The position numbers and the translations under genes were made by a program. The notes under the pieces are model-generated. The model did not search any database. It saw only the letters and a list, made by a program, of their open reading frames with translations, and was not told the DNA's origin. A stretch of DNA of 61,438 nt, the filler included. It is 9 parts of 9 records of this genome, joined end to end, with 100 filler letters (N's around TTAATTAATTAA, not from the genome) between each part and the next. Parts side by side here need not be neighbours in the genome. Positions count along the whole stretch, not along the records: positions 35,189 to 45,772 come from SRR15195285_117; positions 45,873 to 54,352 come from SRR15195285_119; 7 more parts are not named here. One strand, given 5' to 3'. Positions 35,315-47,593 of this stretch are shown piece by piece; the stretch's first letter is position 1, and every line of letters begins with the position of its first letter.

Positions 35315-38300
35315 TCATTCGTTACCGAGATTTCGCTGCAGGTCTATCGCGTCGGTGTCCAGTTCATCCAGATCTGAATCGCCTTCTTCATCCTCATCAG
35401 ATTCTGTGTCCGGGCATGCCATGGCAATGGTGGTTAATCCTTGTATGAACTCATCTAAATCGACCGTTCCGGACTCATCGGTGTCGACCATTTTCATCAT
35501 CTCTTCCTCAACCCTGTGGGGCATTTTGCCCATCAACATCGCCATGCCCTTCCGCATCTCGGACTCATCGAGCTCGCCGCTGTCGTCGGCGTCGAGCTTT
35601 TCGAAAACCATCTCTATCTTCTTCACGTCGACCTCTAGGCCATCTTGCTTGGCACGTTCCAGTCGCTCTTGCCTCTTGTGCTCTTCCTGTGCTTCAGCCT
35701 TTTTCATACGTCGTTTTTCGAAGAAGCCTGGCTTGCGTCCACTCTCGGGCTTTGCGGCTTTCGGATCTCCTCCCCCTTCGCTGTCGTAACCTTCAGGCTT
35801 GCGCTTTTTCACTTCACCAAAGAGCACGCGCAGAGAACGCAGACGTGCCACGCATGCTGCATCCGATGCTTGCAAGTAAAGGGCCTGGTTTTTCGACCAG
35901 ATCGGCAACTTCGGGAACTTTTTACCGCCTTGGGTCAAGCCAACGCGCCGTCGATTGACCCACCACTGCAGCGCTGATTTGATGACGTGCAAACTGATTG
36001 TGTTAAGCTCTTTTTCGTACTCTTTAGCTTGGTCCTCATAGCTCAAACATTTTTGCTTTCCGAGGTTTAGCATTGCAAGTCGCTCTAGTGTGCGATGAAA
36101 AGATAGTCCACGTATGTCAACCAAATATAAACCGTTCGAGTTGCGCCGTTTGGTTTCCTTTCTCTTCAGTTCTTTCTTCGATGCTGCCATGCAATGCATC
36201 TCAATGTTGAAAATCATATAGGTTGTCCAACGTCGTGTCGGCTTGTGCCCACCAACTACCTGTCGATGATGAAGGCCGCTGATCAGTCTTGAAAGTCGCA
36301 CCATTGGCAGGTCTAGCAGCGCAATGTTGTGCGACGATCGCACTAACTCGCTCGGTGCGAGCACGGCCGGCGGAAGTGGCTTCGGGCGAGTTGCCTCGGG
36401 GCATCCGCGTGTGAGCCATCGCACGGCACTCACCCAGGCCATTTGACACTGTGGAGAGAGTGCCCGGAAGCGATAGTCAATGCGCGTCTGCCTTATCACT
36501 GCCAACTTCGATTCCGAAAGCTCATCTTGCTTGGCTTGGTCATTCTTTTTGCTTTGTTTGAGACTGGCATACTTCTCTTCGATGTTTGTCGCGATCCTAA
36601 CTAACTGGGTCACCTCGTCCTGAGAGGTCGTGGCTACGTACTTGAGCGCCAACGTCACAGTCCCAGCATCCGTGTCATCGACATCTGTGGTCAAGTCTCG
36701 CTGAGAACGCTGCTCCGGCTTGAGACGAACTTTTACACCTGTTCGCTCGGAAGCTCCCAGATCAACGCTTGATGACCCATCCTCTGCCACAATTGCATCG
36801 CTTGTCCAGACTGGGCCAGGACCGTCTGAGCCGATTTGCAGCTCGGCAGTGCCTATCAGCAGGTCTCTCAAGGATCTTCTATCGTAGACCTCAACAAGCA
36901 GTGTTTTAGTCGTTACCATTGCATCAAGAGAAAATTCGTGGTTCCACGCTGGGTTCAAGTTGTCTTTCACTGGCTGCGTTTCAACAACGCGACGGTCATC
37001 ACCGTACGCCTTCGCTAACGAGCCTGATGAGATGAATGTCAGTACGCAGTATGGATCGGAGGTCTCTCCAGTTCCTCTGGCAACATTGATCAGCTTCTCC
37101 GCAGACACAATCTGACCAGATATATGACCAACTGTCTTCTCTGCCTTTTGGTCTTCGTTATTTTCGTCGCAACCAATTTGAAACTCGCATCCGACGTGTG
37201 TCGCGTTCTTGGCGCCCTGATGTTGGCCATCTTCCCCCTCTCTGTATTGAAAAGCGCCAAAGATGTTCATGATGGATTCTACCTTGATTTTTTTCAACTC
37301 GATCTTGTCTGCAGAACCCTGATGCTCGAGCTGATTTCCATCCATGGCGTTGGTAACGATCTTTATGCACCCGTTGCTTGTGGTACCTTTGTCTTGAATG
37401 TAAACGAATTGGCGCACAAATGGGCCACCATCAAATGAACACTCCAACCATCCTTCGACGCCGCAATTCGCTTCCTTATGCGTATACGTCACTTCATACT
37501 CGTCTAGAAAACCCATCTTAGGCGTGTGCAGGCTGAACCGCTCGAACGCAAACGTGACCTGCAGCGTCACACCAGAATCTACCCACTGTTGGGCGACTAC
37601 AGAATCTGAAGGATTCCTCGGAGACAGTGACTCAGCATCAACTTCGGGAATTCCTAACTTCTTGCGTCGCTTTCGTTCCATTTTAATCGCTTTTTGCCTA
37701 GCCTTGTCAGCCTTTTTTTCAGCTTTGAGGCGCTTCTTTTCTTGCTTCTCCCATGCTTTCTGTTCTTTTTTCAGTTGTCGCAAGTCTTCCTTCGTCAGCG
37801 TCTCAGTTGCTGTAGGGTCCATATCAGCAGGCACGGCGTTGTTCAAACCGTTTTCGAGTCGAGATAGATTGCCTGCGCGTGGGGACAATCCGCCCCCGCG
37901 TGGAGACGATCCGCCTGCACGCGGAGACAGCGCACGTGGAGACAGCAGTGTGCCGCCAAGATCGCTCTCATCCTGTACCATCTCCAATTCGTCGATAACC
38001 TCTGCTTTGTAGACCGTATCTGTCTCGAAACGAGCCCAGTGGTCAGTTCCGGACGAGGATGCTCGCGGGCTCGGAGGCTTGGCATTGATGCGCTTCTGCA
38101 GTATTATATTCTTTGTCACCGGCTCATCTGACTGCTGAAGTTCCTCCCGTGAAAGCTTTACAGCCCCAATGAAATCGGCGACGAATTGACAGTTATCGTG
38201 AACCTCGATTGTCAACGCGTCGTGGTGCTCGTTGATATACATTGACAACGTATACCCAACAGCTTTTGTGACCGGATCTGGCGTGAGGGCAGGGATCTCT

Positions 38301-41300
38301 ACTCCTTCCTCGAATTGTGCCTTGCCGTCAGTTGTCGTGGCTGCCTCTGGTGTCCATACTTCTTGCCTGTCATGACCATGCAGTTGAACTTTGCAGTACG
38401 GTCGAACAGTATCGTTCTGAAGGTCAGAAGCGCTCTGGATCGTCACTCGTAGACTACCTTGCTGGTACGATGCACCATCCTCAGGCACCCTGTCACTATC
38501 ATCTGTTTCGTCTGTTTCGTTGTTTACGATTCGGCCTAATGAGTCGATTGGATTCGCGACCTTGGTTGCAATCGTCTCCAGCAAAGACTTTTTCTTGGTT
38601 GCAAACGGAACGGCGTGTACGCCTATTGTGAGTGCAGCCCAGCAGTGCGCGAACCCTTCGAAGTCATCCAGTCGGGTTCCTTCCGTATCGGTGTCTGCTG
38701 TTTCGGCAGCAAAGGTGTCGAGAACACTAACAAGCAGCAGGTTCATACACACCCAGACGATGACCATGTAGTACGTCGCGAAGTACAAGAATGGTTGCCA
38801 AAAGCCTGCACCTGCATCAGCAAGATCTGCAACAAATCCACCGATTTCTTGGCCAAACACTATCTGCACGAGAACGGCTGCTGCCGAAGGGAACGTAGAG
38901 AAATTGTTGTAGTCGTTCAAGAACTCCATATCCGGGTGGAGGCTTAAATCGATATTTCCAAACAGATTCACGCCAACGACACCATACACATATATGATAA
39001 CGCACGAAATTGCTATTAACGCCATACTGGCTCTCAAGCAGTTGATCAGCGACTGAACCAGAGCCACCAGAGTAGGCATCTTCGCTGCTAACGCTATGAG
39101 CCGGAACACGCGCACAACTCGCAACGCCTCGACGCCGGACCTGATCTGCCCTAACCGTAGGCCCCACGAAACCAGCACAAGGCAAAAGTCTGACACGAGC
39201 CAACCGCTGCCAAAAAAGCTCTTGACGCCGTAGCCCGTGAGTTTGATGATCACTTCCAAAGTGCAGAATGACAAGCACGCTAGATTCAGGTAGACAACGA
39301 CCTCATTTCTCACCTGACTGGCTGGAAATTTATCAGTGGCCAGTGTGATTGTGTTGACCATAATGACCGATCGCCAGAACACCTCCAGCTTCTCGTTTGT
39401 AGCAAGGTTGAAGTTCAGCAGTCTCCACCGGAACCACCAGTCAGGCACTACTACCTTGCAGCACTTCTCTGTAGCAACAGGCCTTACGCCTTCTAATTTG
39501 GTAACCGTTGGATGAAAGGCTGCAATGCTTTGCCTCACAGCCTGCCACTGCCTTTGTCGGATGGTGTGTGTTGCTGTTCCTTTACTTTTTGAGAAGGATG
39601 CGGAGAGCACACCTATGAACAGGTTAAGAAAAAAGCATGTGAACACCAGGTGGAAAGCAATCCAAAACAGGATCGATCCGTCATCGCCCAGTGCGGTTGT
39701 GGAATCAACCATATATGGATGGACTCCGTCCGCTAATGCTACAAAGAGCAGTGAGACTCCACCTAACGTGTTGTCAAAGTTAAACATTTCAGAAACCCAG
39801 GTGCCACCAGCCTTCACACACGATTCCAGGTTTAGCAACTTGTCTGCTGCACTGTCAATATTCAGTGAAACATCTACAGATTCAGCAATGTTCGCTGCTG
39901 CAATGCACCGTGATTCTGTCACCACTGTGCAGCTCGCGTGACATTCACCTAAAGAGCCACCAAACCACTCTTGGCCAACCACTGCAAACACCACGGCCAT
40001 CAAGAACAGAGGTAGAATAATGACCGATGTGTCGGGAATCGAACGTAAAAACGACATAACCACCAGCAGAATTTCCGGGCTCTTCGTCAGATTCACCAAT
40101 GGTGTCAGAACACGAACAACGCGCAGCGACTTCGCCCACCCGCCCTGTAGCTGGTCGCCAATCCACGGCAAATATCCAATCACGCACACCACGATGATCA
40201 AGAAATCGACACGATTCATCTTGGTCTGCAGGTACGATTTGGACGGTCCGGAAGAGTAGTAGAAGCCATGTATGACGATCTTCAAAGCGGCCTCCACCAA
40301 GAATGCAAAAAGCACAATTGCACTGATCGCATCAAAGTATTCTCCGTAATTTTGTCTAACGGGTCCGTTATCAGGGCCTTCAATGGCAAGCGTTAGACAG
40401 GATACAAAAATTAGAACCAAGATGGTGTTCCTGAAAATAGGGTGACCTTGCACACCGGCACAGCCGATCCGAAATGGATGCGTCAGGGTAAACAAGTAGA
40501 GCGATTTGTTCTTATTGTCGGTCAGGTCGGCGACTGCAGCTGCATGTAGTAGCAGGTCTTTGATGGAGTCTTCGTTTGTGTGTGCAATGCCTTTTGTTTT
40601 CTCTGATTCCATGGTCTTGACCAGCAATGAGCCTCTGCCTTGCCGCCAGTGCTTCATTGCTTTCTTCTTCCGTCGCTCCCACACCTTCTTTTGAATGGGC
40701 AACTTCTCATCCTCCTGAAGATTGAAGTTCTCCAGCAACATGGCAATAAACAGTGAAAACAATATACAGTTCATCCACAGATATTGGATCATGAAGAATG
40801 CTGAGATAAGAGTTGTCATGGAGCCGGAATCACCACCCACATGAGCTCTATACCAGTACATGATGTTCGCCCACTCTTCTCCCACCGTCAATTCAAAACA
40901 AGCAAGAACGCCTCTCAGGAATGTCTCATAATTCTCGTATGGATAGTCACCGGCGACTGCCTTTCGGCAGTGATGGCATTCGAAAAGGGCAACTTTTTCG
41001 TGCTCGGGACAAAGACCTCCTGGGGAGTCTTCTAGACTCAAACTGCAGCCGAGAGACCCACCGAGAACATGCATGCCGATCACCGCGAACATGCACACCG
41101 AGAAAGCGCAGAAGATTGCGTGTACACAAATTGGCTTCCACGCAGAAAAAATGGTTTGGAGAACAACCTTCAGTGCCTTCTGTTTGTGCAGTAGTCGCGC
41201 TATCTGCAGAGCACGAAGAAGTCGCACTGCTCTCAAAGCCTGCATTCCATCTCCACCGTCACCACTGATATTGAAGGTTTCTATGATTTCGTCGTGAAAC

Positions 41301-44300
41301 ACCACCGCGAGGTATCCAATCATGCAAACGAAAACAACAAAAAAATCAAAAATGTTGGACGCTTGCGAGAAGTACAACTTCCGCCCGAGTCCCAAAATCT
41401 TCGAGAAGAACTCCAGTATAAATATCGCTAAGAAAGTTGTCTCAACAAAGTTCAGAACCCTGGCTGTCTGTGCATCGATCCCTTGGTGGTTGAAGGCCAT
41501 TACTACAGTGTTTCCAAGAATCACCACAGAAATGACCATTTCGAACGCCTGCGACAGTATGACCGTCTTGCACATGTTTCTACACCCAGCAATCTTCGAT
41601 TCTTTTTCATACCAGTCCAATGTGTCCACAATTTCCTCCGTCGTCAGTGCATCTTTCGCCTGTTGGGCTTCTCGCAGCTCTGTCTCTTCTGGGGTTTCGC
41701 TCAGCTGAAGCGCTTCGAGTCGCTTCTGGTGTTGAAGTTCCTCTCTTTGCTCGAGCTCTATCATCTCGCTGTTGATGTCCGAATATGCGCTACAGCATAC
41801 CGCGAGGAACAGGTTCAGTGCAAGCATATTCAGCAGCACGGATGCCAAGAAAAATATCAGCCAAGCCGTGCCTGATGATGCTCCTCCGGATGCATATAGC
41901 GCCTCTGGCATGACGTGCATCCCATCACCAGTCATTTGCACAAACATCGTGACCACAGAGCGCACAATGTTGTCGAAATCCTGAAATCCAAATTCGTCAG
42001 ACCCTACGAGAAGGGGAGTAGTCAGTGACTCGCATGCCGCCAATTCAGATTCCGACGCTGTGTAGTTGTTGAAACCAATCTCTGAGCACTCGCCACTTCC
42101 CAGCTGCATGCAACGAACGATGTCAGTGTTCGGAGGCAGTACCGACTCCGCATCCTGTGCACACAACATTGAGACCGGACAGCTTATCAAATCGCCGTCA
42201 TCCTGCAAAGGCTCCGTGTGCCGCAGTATTCCCTTCGTGACTAAAGTTTGTGGTAGATACAACAAACACTGATTGGTGCAGCCCACTGGATAATCCGTTC
42301 CCACAACCATGTCTTCGGATCCCGTGATCGATGAGCGCGCAAGAAGCGTGTCCATGCACGTGTACTGAATGGCGCCGCTAAAGCATGACATGCCAATCAG
42401 AGAGAACAACAGCAAAAGGAAGAGCAGCAGAACACATACAGTGAAGAAGATGCCCATGGAAGAAGCAAGAATTTTCACAACCAGGTCTATGTGGCGAATC
42501 ATCCGTAGGGTGCGAATCGGCCGGATAATCCTGAAGATTCTGCTGACAGACACTAGTTTTGCCAATGCCTGACCGTCGGTTCTTCCCGTTAGCTCAACAG
42601 GCTGGAAAATCGTCGCCCAGTTGCACAGCATTACATACAGCGCAAGTATCGTCCATGGATTACGAAGCTCAGCCATCAAGTCGCCATTGGAGAGGTCGGA
42701 GAACAGCTCTAAAAGCAGCTCAATTGTCATGTGAGTGGCAACGAAAATCTCCAGAATGCTCAGGGTGCCTTGTAAAGCATCACTCGGTGGATCAGTTGGG
42801 CTTTGAAGCGCTAAAATGCACATGGAAACCCCAACCATTATCAAGACGGTGGCCTCAAAATACCACGACTTCGTGACAGACTTTGCAGCCTTTTCCGCCG
42901 ATCCACCGACGGGCACGTAGAGTAGCCTGAGGTGGACAGTTCCAGCGTTGACAGCGTGTTCTTTTGGCTCTCCGCGACCTGCATTCTTAACTTTCTCAGC
43001 GATCATTATGTCAACCTCGATTATATCTTCCCCAGTCATTTCCTCTGACCCGCCGCGTTCGAGGTTTCCGTTGCCATCCAAGCTCAGGATGGCTTTCCCC
43101 ATTGACACTGGTTTTTTGGGCTTGCTCATATCAACTACCGAGATCAGTAATTCTCTAGATCCAGCGTACGCGACCATTTGATCAAAGTCTTCGTCCCATT
43201 CCGGAGAGAGAGTGTCGACGAGTGGTTGTGACTCCGCTGACTGCACCCTGTGGGCCTTCACAGCGGTATCAGGTGTGAGCAGCTCGACCACACACTTGGG
43301 ATCGCGGCCTCGCTTCGACTTGGTGTCATAAAGATCACGGCCGGCCACTATGGTCCCTCGCAGGGTTCCCGTTGGCGGCCCGCCTGCCTGTTTCTTCAGT
43401 TTTTGTTCCGCCTCATAATCAAGATCAACGATCATTCCCCACCCAAGCTTTGCCAAGAGCAGTTGTAGCAATATCGCGGCAACCTGTGCATATTGAAAAT
43501 CTTCTGGCTGAACGCCATGCTCCCGTTGCATATAGGCAACAATGCACGTGGCTGCTCCGTCTTCGCACATGCAGAGCTCGGACCCTGCTGCCTCAGCCCG
43601 CTCGGCAACCGTGGAGTTTTCATTGAGAGTGAAATTCGCGCTCACGTCGATCCCGAGATCTGCACACAGCTTTGCTTGTGCAGCAGCTGCACTACTCTGG
43701 AAAACCAGTAGCATTTCATCGCCGCGTGCGACAACAACCATTGCGATACTAAATTGCATAATCACCGCCATGAGCAGCATAAACGTGTACAGATTAAGCC
43801 CCGCCTCATTGGCCCGGTGCGCTGCTCGAACGCCCCAGGCTAGCACTAAAACCAGAAACGTGCTTTGCACGACGAGTACAAACGTGATTGACTCGGTGGC
43901 GACGGAAAAAATGTACCAGAACATGGCGGCCACCAGCGACGCGTACAGTAACGCGAGCAGCGACAGCACGAGAAACGCCATGTAATGTAGTCCCTTACGC
44001 CCAAGCCCGAGAACAGCCTCCTTTTCGAGAAACATATCAACACTGTCGTCACGACTGAGCCCGGGGCTCATCGGACTCATCGGACTTTCAGTGCCATCGA
44101 CACCTGCCGAAGAGTCAGGCGGCGCCGCTGCGTCTGTTGACTCCATACCTGTTGCATCTTCAGATGAGTTGCCAAGGAAGCTATCGATATTTTTGAGGGT
44201 GCTGACAAGCTTGTCATCTTCTGCCTCTACCGGGTTCTCTTGTGCGGATCCGCTCGTACTCGCGGTCTCCTGCGCCAGAGGAAAGAAACAGAGTCAGAAC

Positions 44301-44448
44301 AGCACATAGAGATAGGTACCGCGCTACTAGGACTCACGCTTTTCTCGGCATCATCCCCCTCAGAAGCCAACGGGTTCGAAAATTTGACCTGGTCTGTTTC
44401 GTCCGCTGCTTTCTTGACCTCTCCCTTCTTCCTTTTGTTCCTCTTCAT
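35315..44448 (-). CDS. Four-domain voltage-gated cation channel (Cav/Nav superfamily) alpha subunit with 4-TM, C2, PH and EF-hand modules, ~3021 aa, 2 exons
   Basis: Exon 44448-44338 plus a single 8955-nt exon 44269-35315. Four 6-TM repeats with S4 segments (RIFRIIRPIRTLRMIR; RAVRLLRALQIAR; KSLRVVR; RVVRVFR), pore helices FDNI / YETF / FDNT / NNFSTF, S6 LNLFLAV, FSLFIAMLLENF, LNLFIGVL, MNLLLVSVLDTF; C-terminal EF loops DADDSGELDESE and DTDESGTVDLDE. Confidence 0.93.
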
Positions 44449-45049
44449 CCTGTCCCTCTGATGAAACGCGAGCGGTGTGTCCCACCCAACGGTGTAGCCT
44501 AGGCCATTCTCATCCCGCCCCCAGTTCCTAGCAACCCAACAACCACAGCCAGCAGTGGCTACAGTTTTCACGTCGGGCTTGCCGGGGACGAAACCGCGTC
44601 TTCGTTTCTGTGCGCCTGTGCATCAGGTCGGCAGCTACAACATAGTTCCCAGACGGTGCCTGCAGCTCAGCGGCTGCTCAACAGGATAATGCCGGTGAAG
44701 CGCCGCGGGGAGTGCTAATTGGTCTCTCGGGCAACCAGCAACTGGGGCTACAATCCGACTGCGGGTTGCCCACGGGAGTGCCCTGAACGCACAGCCGGCA
44801 GCTAGTGGGCAGTTAGCGCCCAGCTCCCTAGATATTGGCGTGGGCCAATGCGTATACCACGTTCTGGCCTCTACCAGCGTTGCTACCGTGGCCACGTCGA
44901 CTCTCCGCGCGCGGTCCGTCCGCCGTCACACTCCGTCCGCGGGTGTGCGCGCGCGTGGTCGTGGTGGACAGGCGGCACGCTCCATTTGCCACATGTCTCC
45001 CTCACAGTAAAAGCTAAAACCTTCCTATCACTCAATATATTGACTGACC

Positions 45050-45772
45050 CGGTACGTACCATTACTACTACTAGCTAGTACTAGTACATGTACTATTCGA
45101 ATATGTACCTAACACTACTAGTAGTACTAGTAGTAAAGTGGTACTATTCTGCAACGCAGCACCAGTGCAAGTCCTAGGATCCTACACGTACTATTCATTA
45201 TTGGATTTCCTTGATCTCCATTCATAGTACTGTACTGGTACCAGTACTGTACTTCAGGGTCTGGCAGTATTATAGTATACTCAGAGTAGGCTACACTAAG
45301 ATATGATAGTAGCATACCGCGGACAGCACTCATCTCACTACTGTACAGCTGTACTGTTTTCAGACGCGGCCCAAAAAGCATTCATCGATAGTGGTGTGGG
45401 TGCTTCAGTGCAGAGGTACAGCTGGGGTATGAAATACGTACGTACCACATACTAGTATGTACATGTTCATATGTGTACAGAGGGTCATACGGTAGTGGAA
45501 TTACGTACTAGTAGTGGAAGTACGTACGTACCGGTAGTGGAATTACTACGTACTGTACCGCTGTAGTAGGATCCATGTACTGGTAGTCATCGATACTACT
45601 ATTGTATAATAGTGAATTTGTACGAACCGCGGTAGTAGGAGAGTCTACACTGGTAGCCGAATTGTACCGCTAGTGTACTACTCATGTACGACAGCCGCTA
45701 CTGGCACTAGTGTGTAGTAGTGGAATTTCGTACTGCTAGTGTATAACAAAGCCATTAAGGCATACCCACGCG
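45050..45772. repeat. AT-richer low-complexity tract of GTAC/CTAG/TACGTA palindromes
   Basis: TACTAGCTAGTA (45069-45080), AGTACATGTACT (45083-45094), GTACAGCTGTAC (~45343), repeated GTAGTGGAA; no credible ORF. Confidence 0.75.
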
Positions 45773-45872
45773 NNNNNNNNNNNNNNNNNNNNNNNNNNNN
45801 NNNNNNNNNNNNNNNNTTAATTAATTAANNNNNNNNNNNNNNNNNNNNNNNNNNNNNNNNNNNNNNNNNNNN
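45773..45872. other. Artificial contig spacer
   Basis: N44-TTAATTAATTAA-N44. Confidence 0.99.
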
Positions 45873-47020
45873 TGATCGCGATGAAGGAGAACCCACACGA
45901 CGCACCAGCTCCCCAGCCGCCTCACCCGCATGGTCCTGGCGAGGTTCGCACTGGTGATTGCTCCACTGCAACCGACTGGCACTACACACCCAGTGGAGAC
46001 AAGGTGACCGGAGGTGGATCTCTTGTCCCATCTGGTGTCGGATCGAGACTGATGCTAACAGATCAGCATTGCACAAACGTTGACGCGCGTCCTGGCGATC
46101 GGATAATTGTCTTCGGTCCAACCGTTGGGTCTTGCGGCGGGCAAATGCCTTCAAATCAGGCGTTCGCACTGAATGGAACGCGCTTAGTTGTCCAACAGAA
46201 CGGCGAATGTGTCAGCGCCTCGCCGTGTGAGGCGAGGGACTCAGCAACTCCTCCTTCACTGTGCATTACTGCCGAGGTGTGCAGTGAATCGGTTGCAACA
46301 CCCAAGGGAGGTTATCTCCAGCAGTGGGGTTGGCTGAATGGGACCACAAAGCTTCAGCTTCTCGGACCCAGAGATGAGTCTTCGGGTGCTTCGAAGTGCC
46401 TTGATATTGATGTGCATGCTAGCAGCACCACCGCCGCAGCAGCTACACATGACGATCACGAATCCGCTGGATGCGTTAGGCTGGCGACCGCCTCCGATCC
46501 GACCAAGTGTCTCGGGCTCGCTGCAGTGAATGGGACGACTGAGTATCGTACTGCTGCGCTTGTGCCGTGCACTGACCCGACCGTGCTGTGGCGCTACGGG
46601 TCTACATATTTGAACATGACGTATGGCTCTCTGTCGAACTGCCACGCACCACTGTCGCTCGATGCAAGCCCACGGTGTGCCACAGCATTTCCATTACATC
46701 CACTCCGTCGCCTTTGCTGTGCGAGCAGAATATCTGAGGTCTGTGGTGCCAATAGGGCGCGAACGAACGTCTTTGCCGGTCCGCTCGTTGGCGGTCGATG
46801 GGCTGCACTGCTCATCAACCGAGGCGAAGCAGATGCGGTCGCGACACTGCATTTCGATCAGCTTCCAGGGCATTCGGCTGACAGCCGCGAACTAACGCTC
46901 AACGCGACAGAAGTGTGGAGTGACAAGGCTCTAGGAGCACAAAAGGGAAGCTTGAGTCAGAACCTTGGCGAGCATGAGTCGCTGTTCGTCATCTTGTCTC
47001 CACCACAAGACAAAGTCTAG
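45873..47020 (+). CDS. GH27 alpha-galactosidase-like protein, 3' part (ricin-B-like modules + C-terminal beta-sandwich)
   Basis: NVFAGPLVGGRWAALLINRG...EVWSDKALG...NLGEHESLFVILSP matches the melibiase C-terminal domain; upstream QCxx/QQW/KCLD ricin-like motifs; probable in-frame intron 46621-46728; catalytic domain is off contig. Confidence 0.7.
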
Positions 47021-47593
47021 TCATCTCAGATAATGCATTCAAAGAATCGCGCTTCAATTTAGTGACCATCCATCGTCGAGCGGAGGAACAATTATGTTAA
47101 GAATAGGGCTCCTGCAACGGCAGGGCGGGGCGTGGGGTGGTGTTTTCCTCCGCTTCAGCGTTGCGCTGATGGCCGCCGCCTTCAAACAGTGTCCAATTGC
47201 CCTTCTTTCCCGTTTGCAGCCTCAATTTCGTTCTTAAGCAGTTTGTACCAAATATTCTGAGCCAAGTGCAATCTGGAGTTCCAATTACTCAACGATGACC
47301 CACTCGTTCTTCCAATACTTCAACTGCAGACAGCCAAGTAGGACACGACCCTTCGTGGAACTGACTTTGGCGTTTCTGGACAGACTAGATCTCAAGTATT
47401 AGGGTTTCTTCGAAGCTTCCACGATGCGTTCCCCTCGAGCGAGCCTCTTTGAGGATCCCGCAACGTCGAGTTGAGTCATGCCCAGTCGTTTGCGCACGTG
47501 TGGAGGCCGACAAGGGAGCAACGGTCGGTGGCAGCAGGTCACGCTATGGTCGGGCTGATGGCAACTCGCAAGGTATTAGAATGCACATGTACA

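Noticed and set aside
47041-47580. Possible decayed minus-strand gene
   Set aside because: Multiple stops and no identifiable homology.
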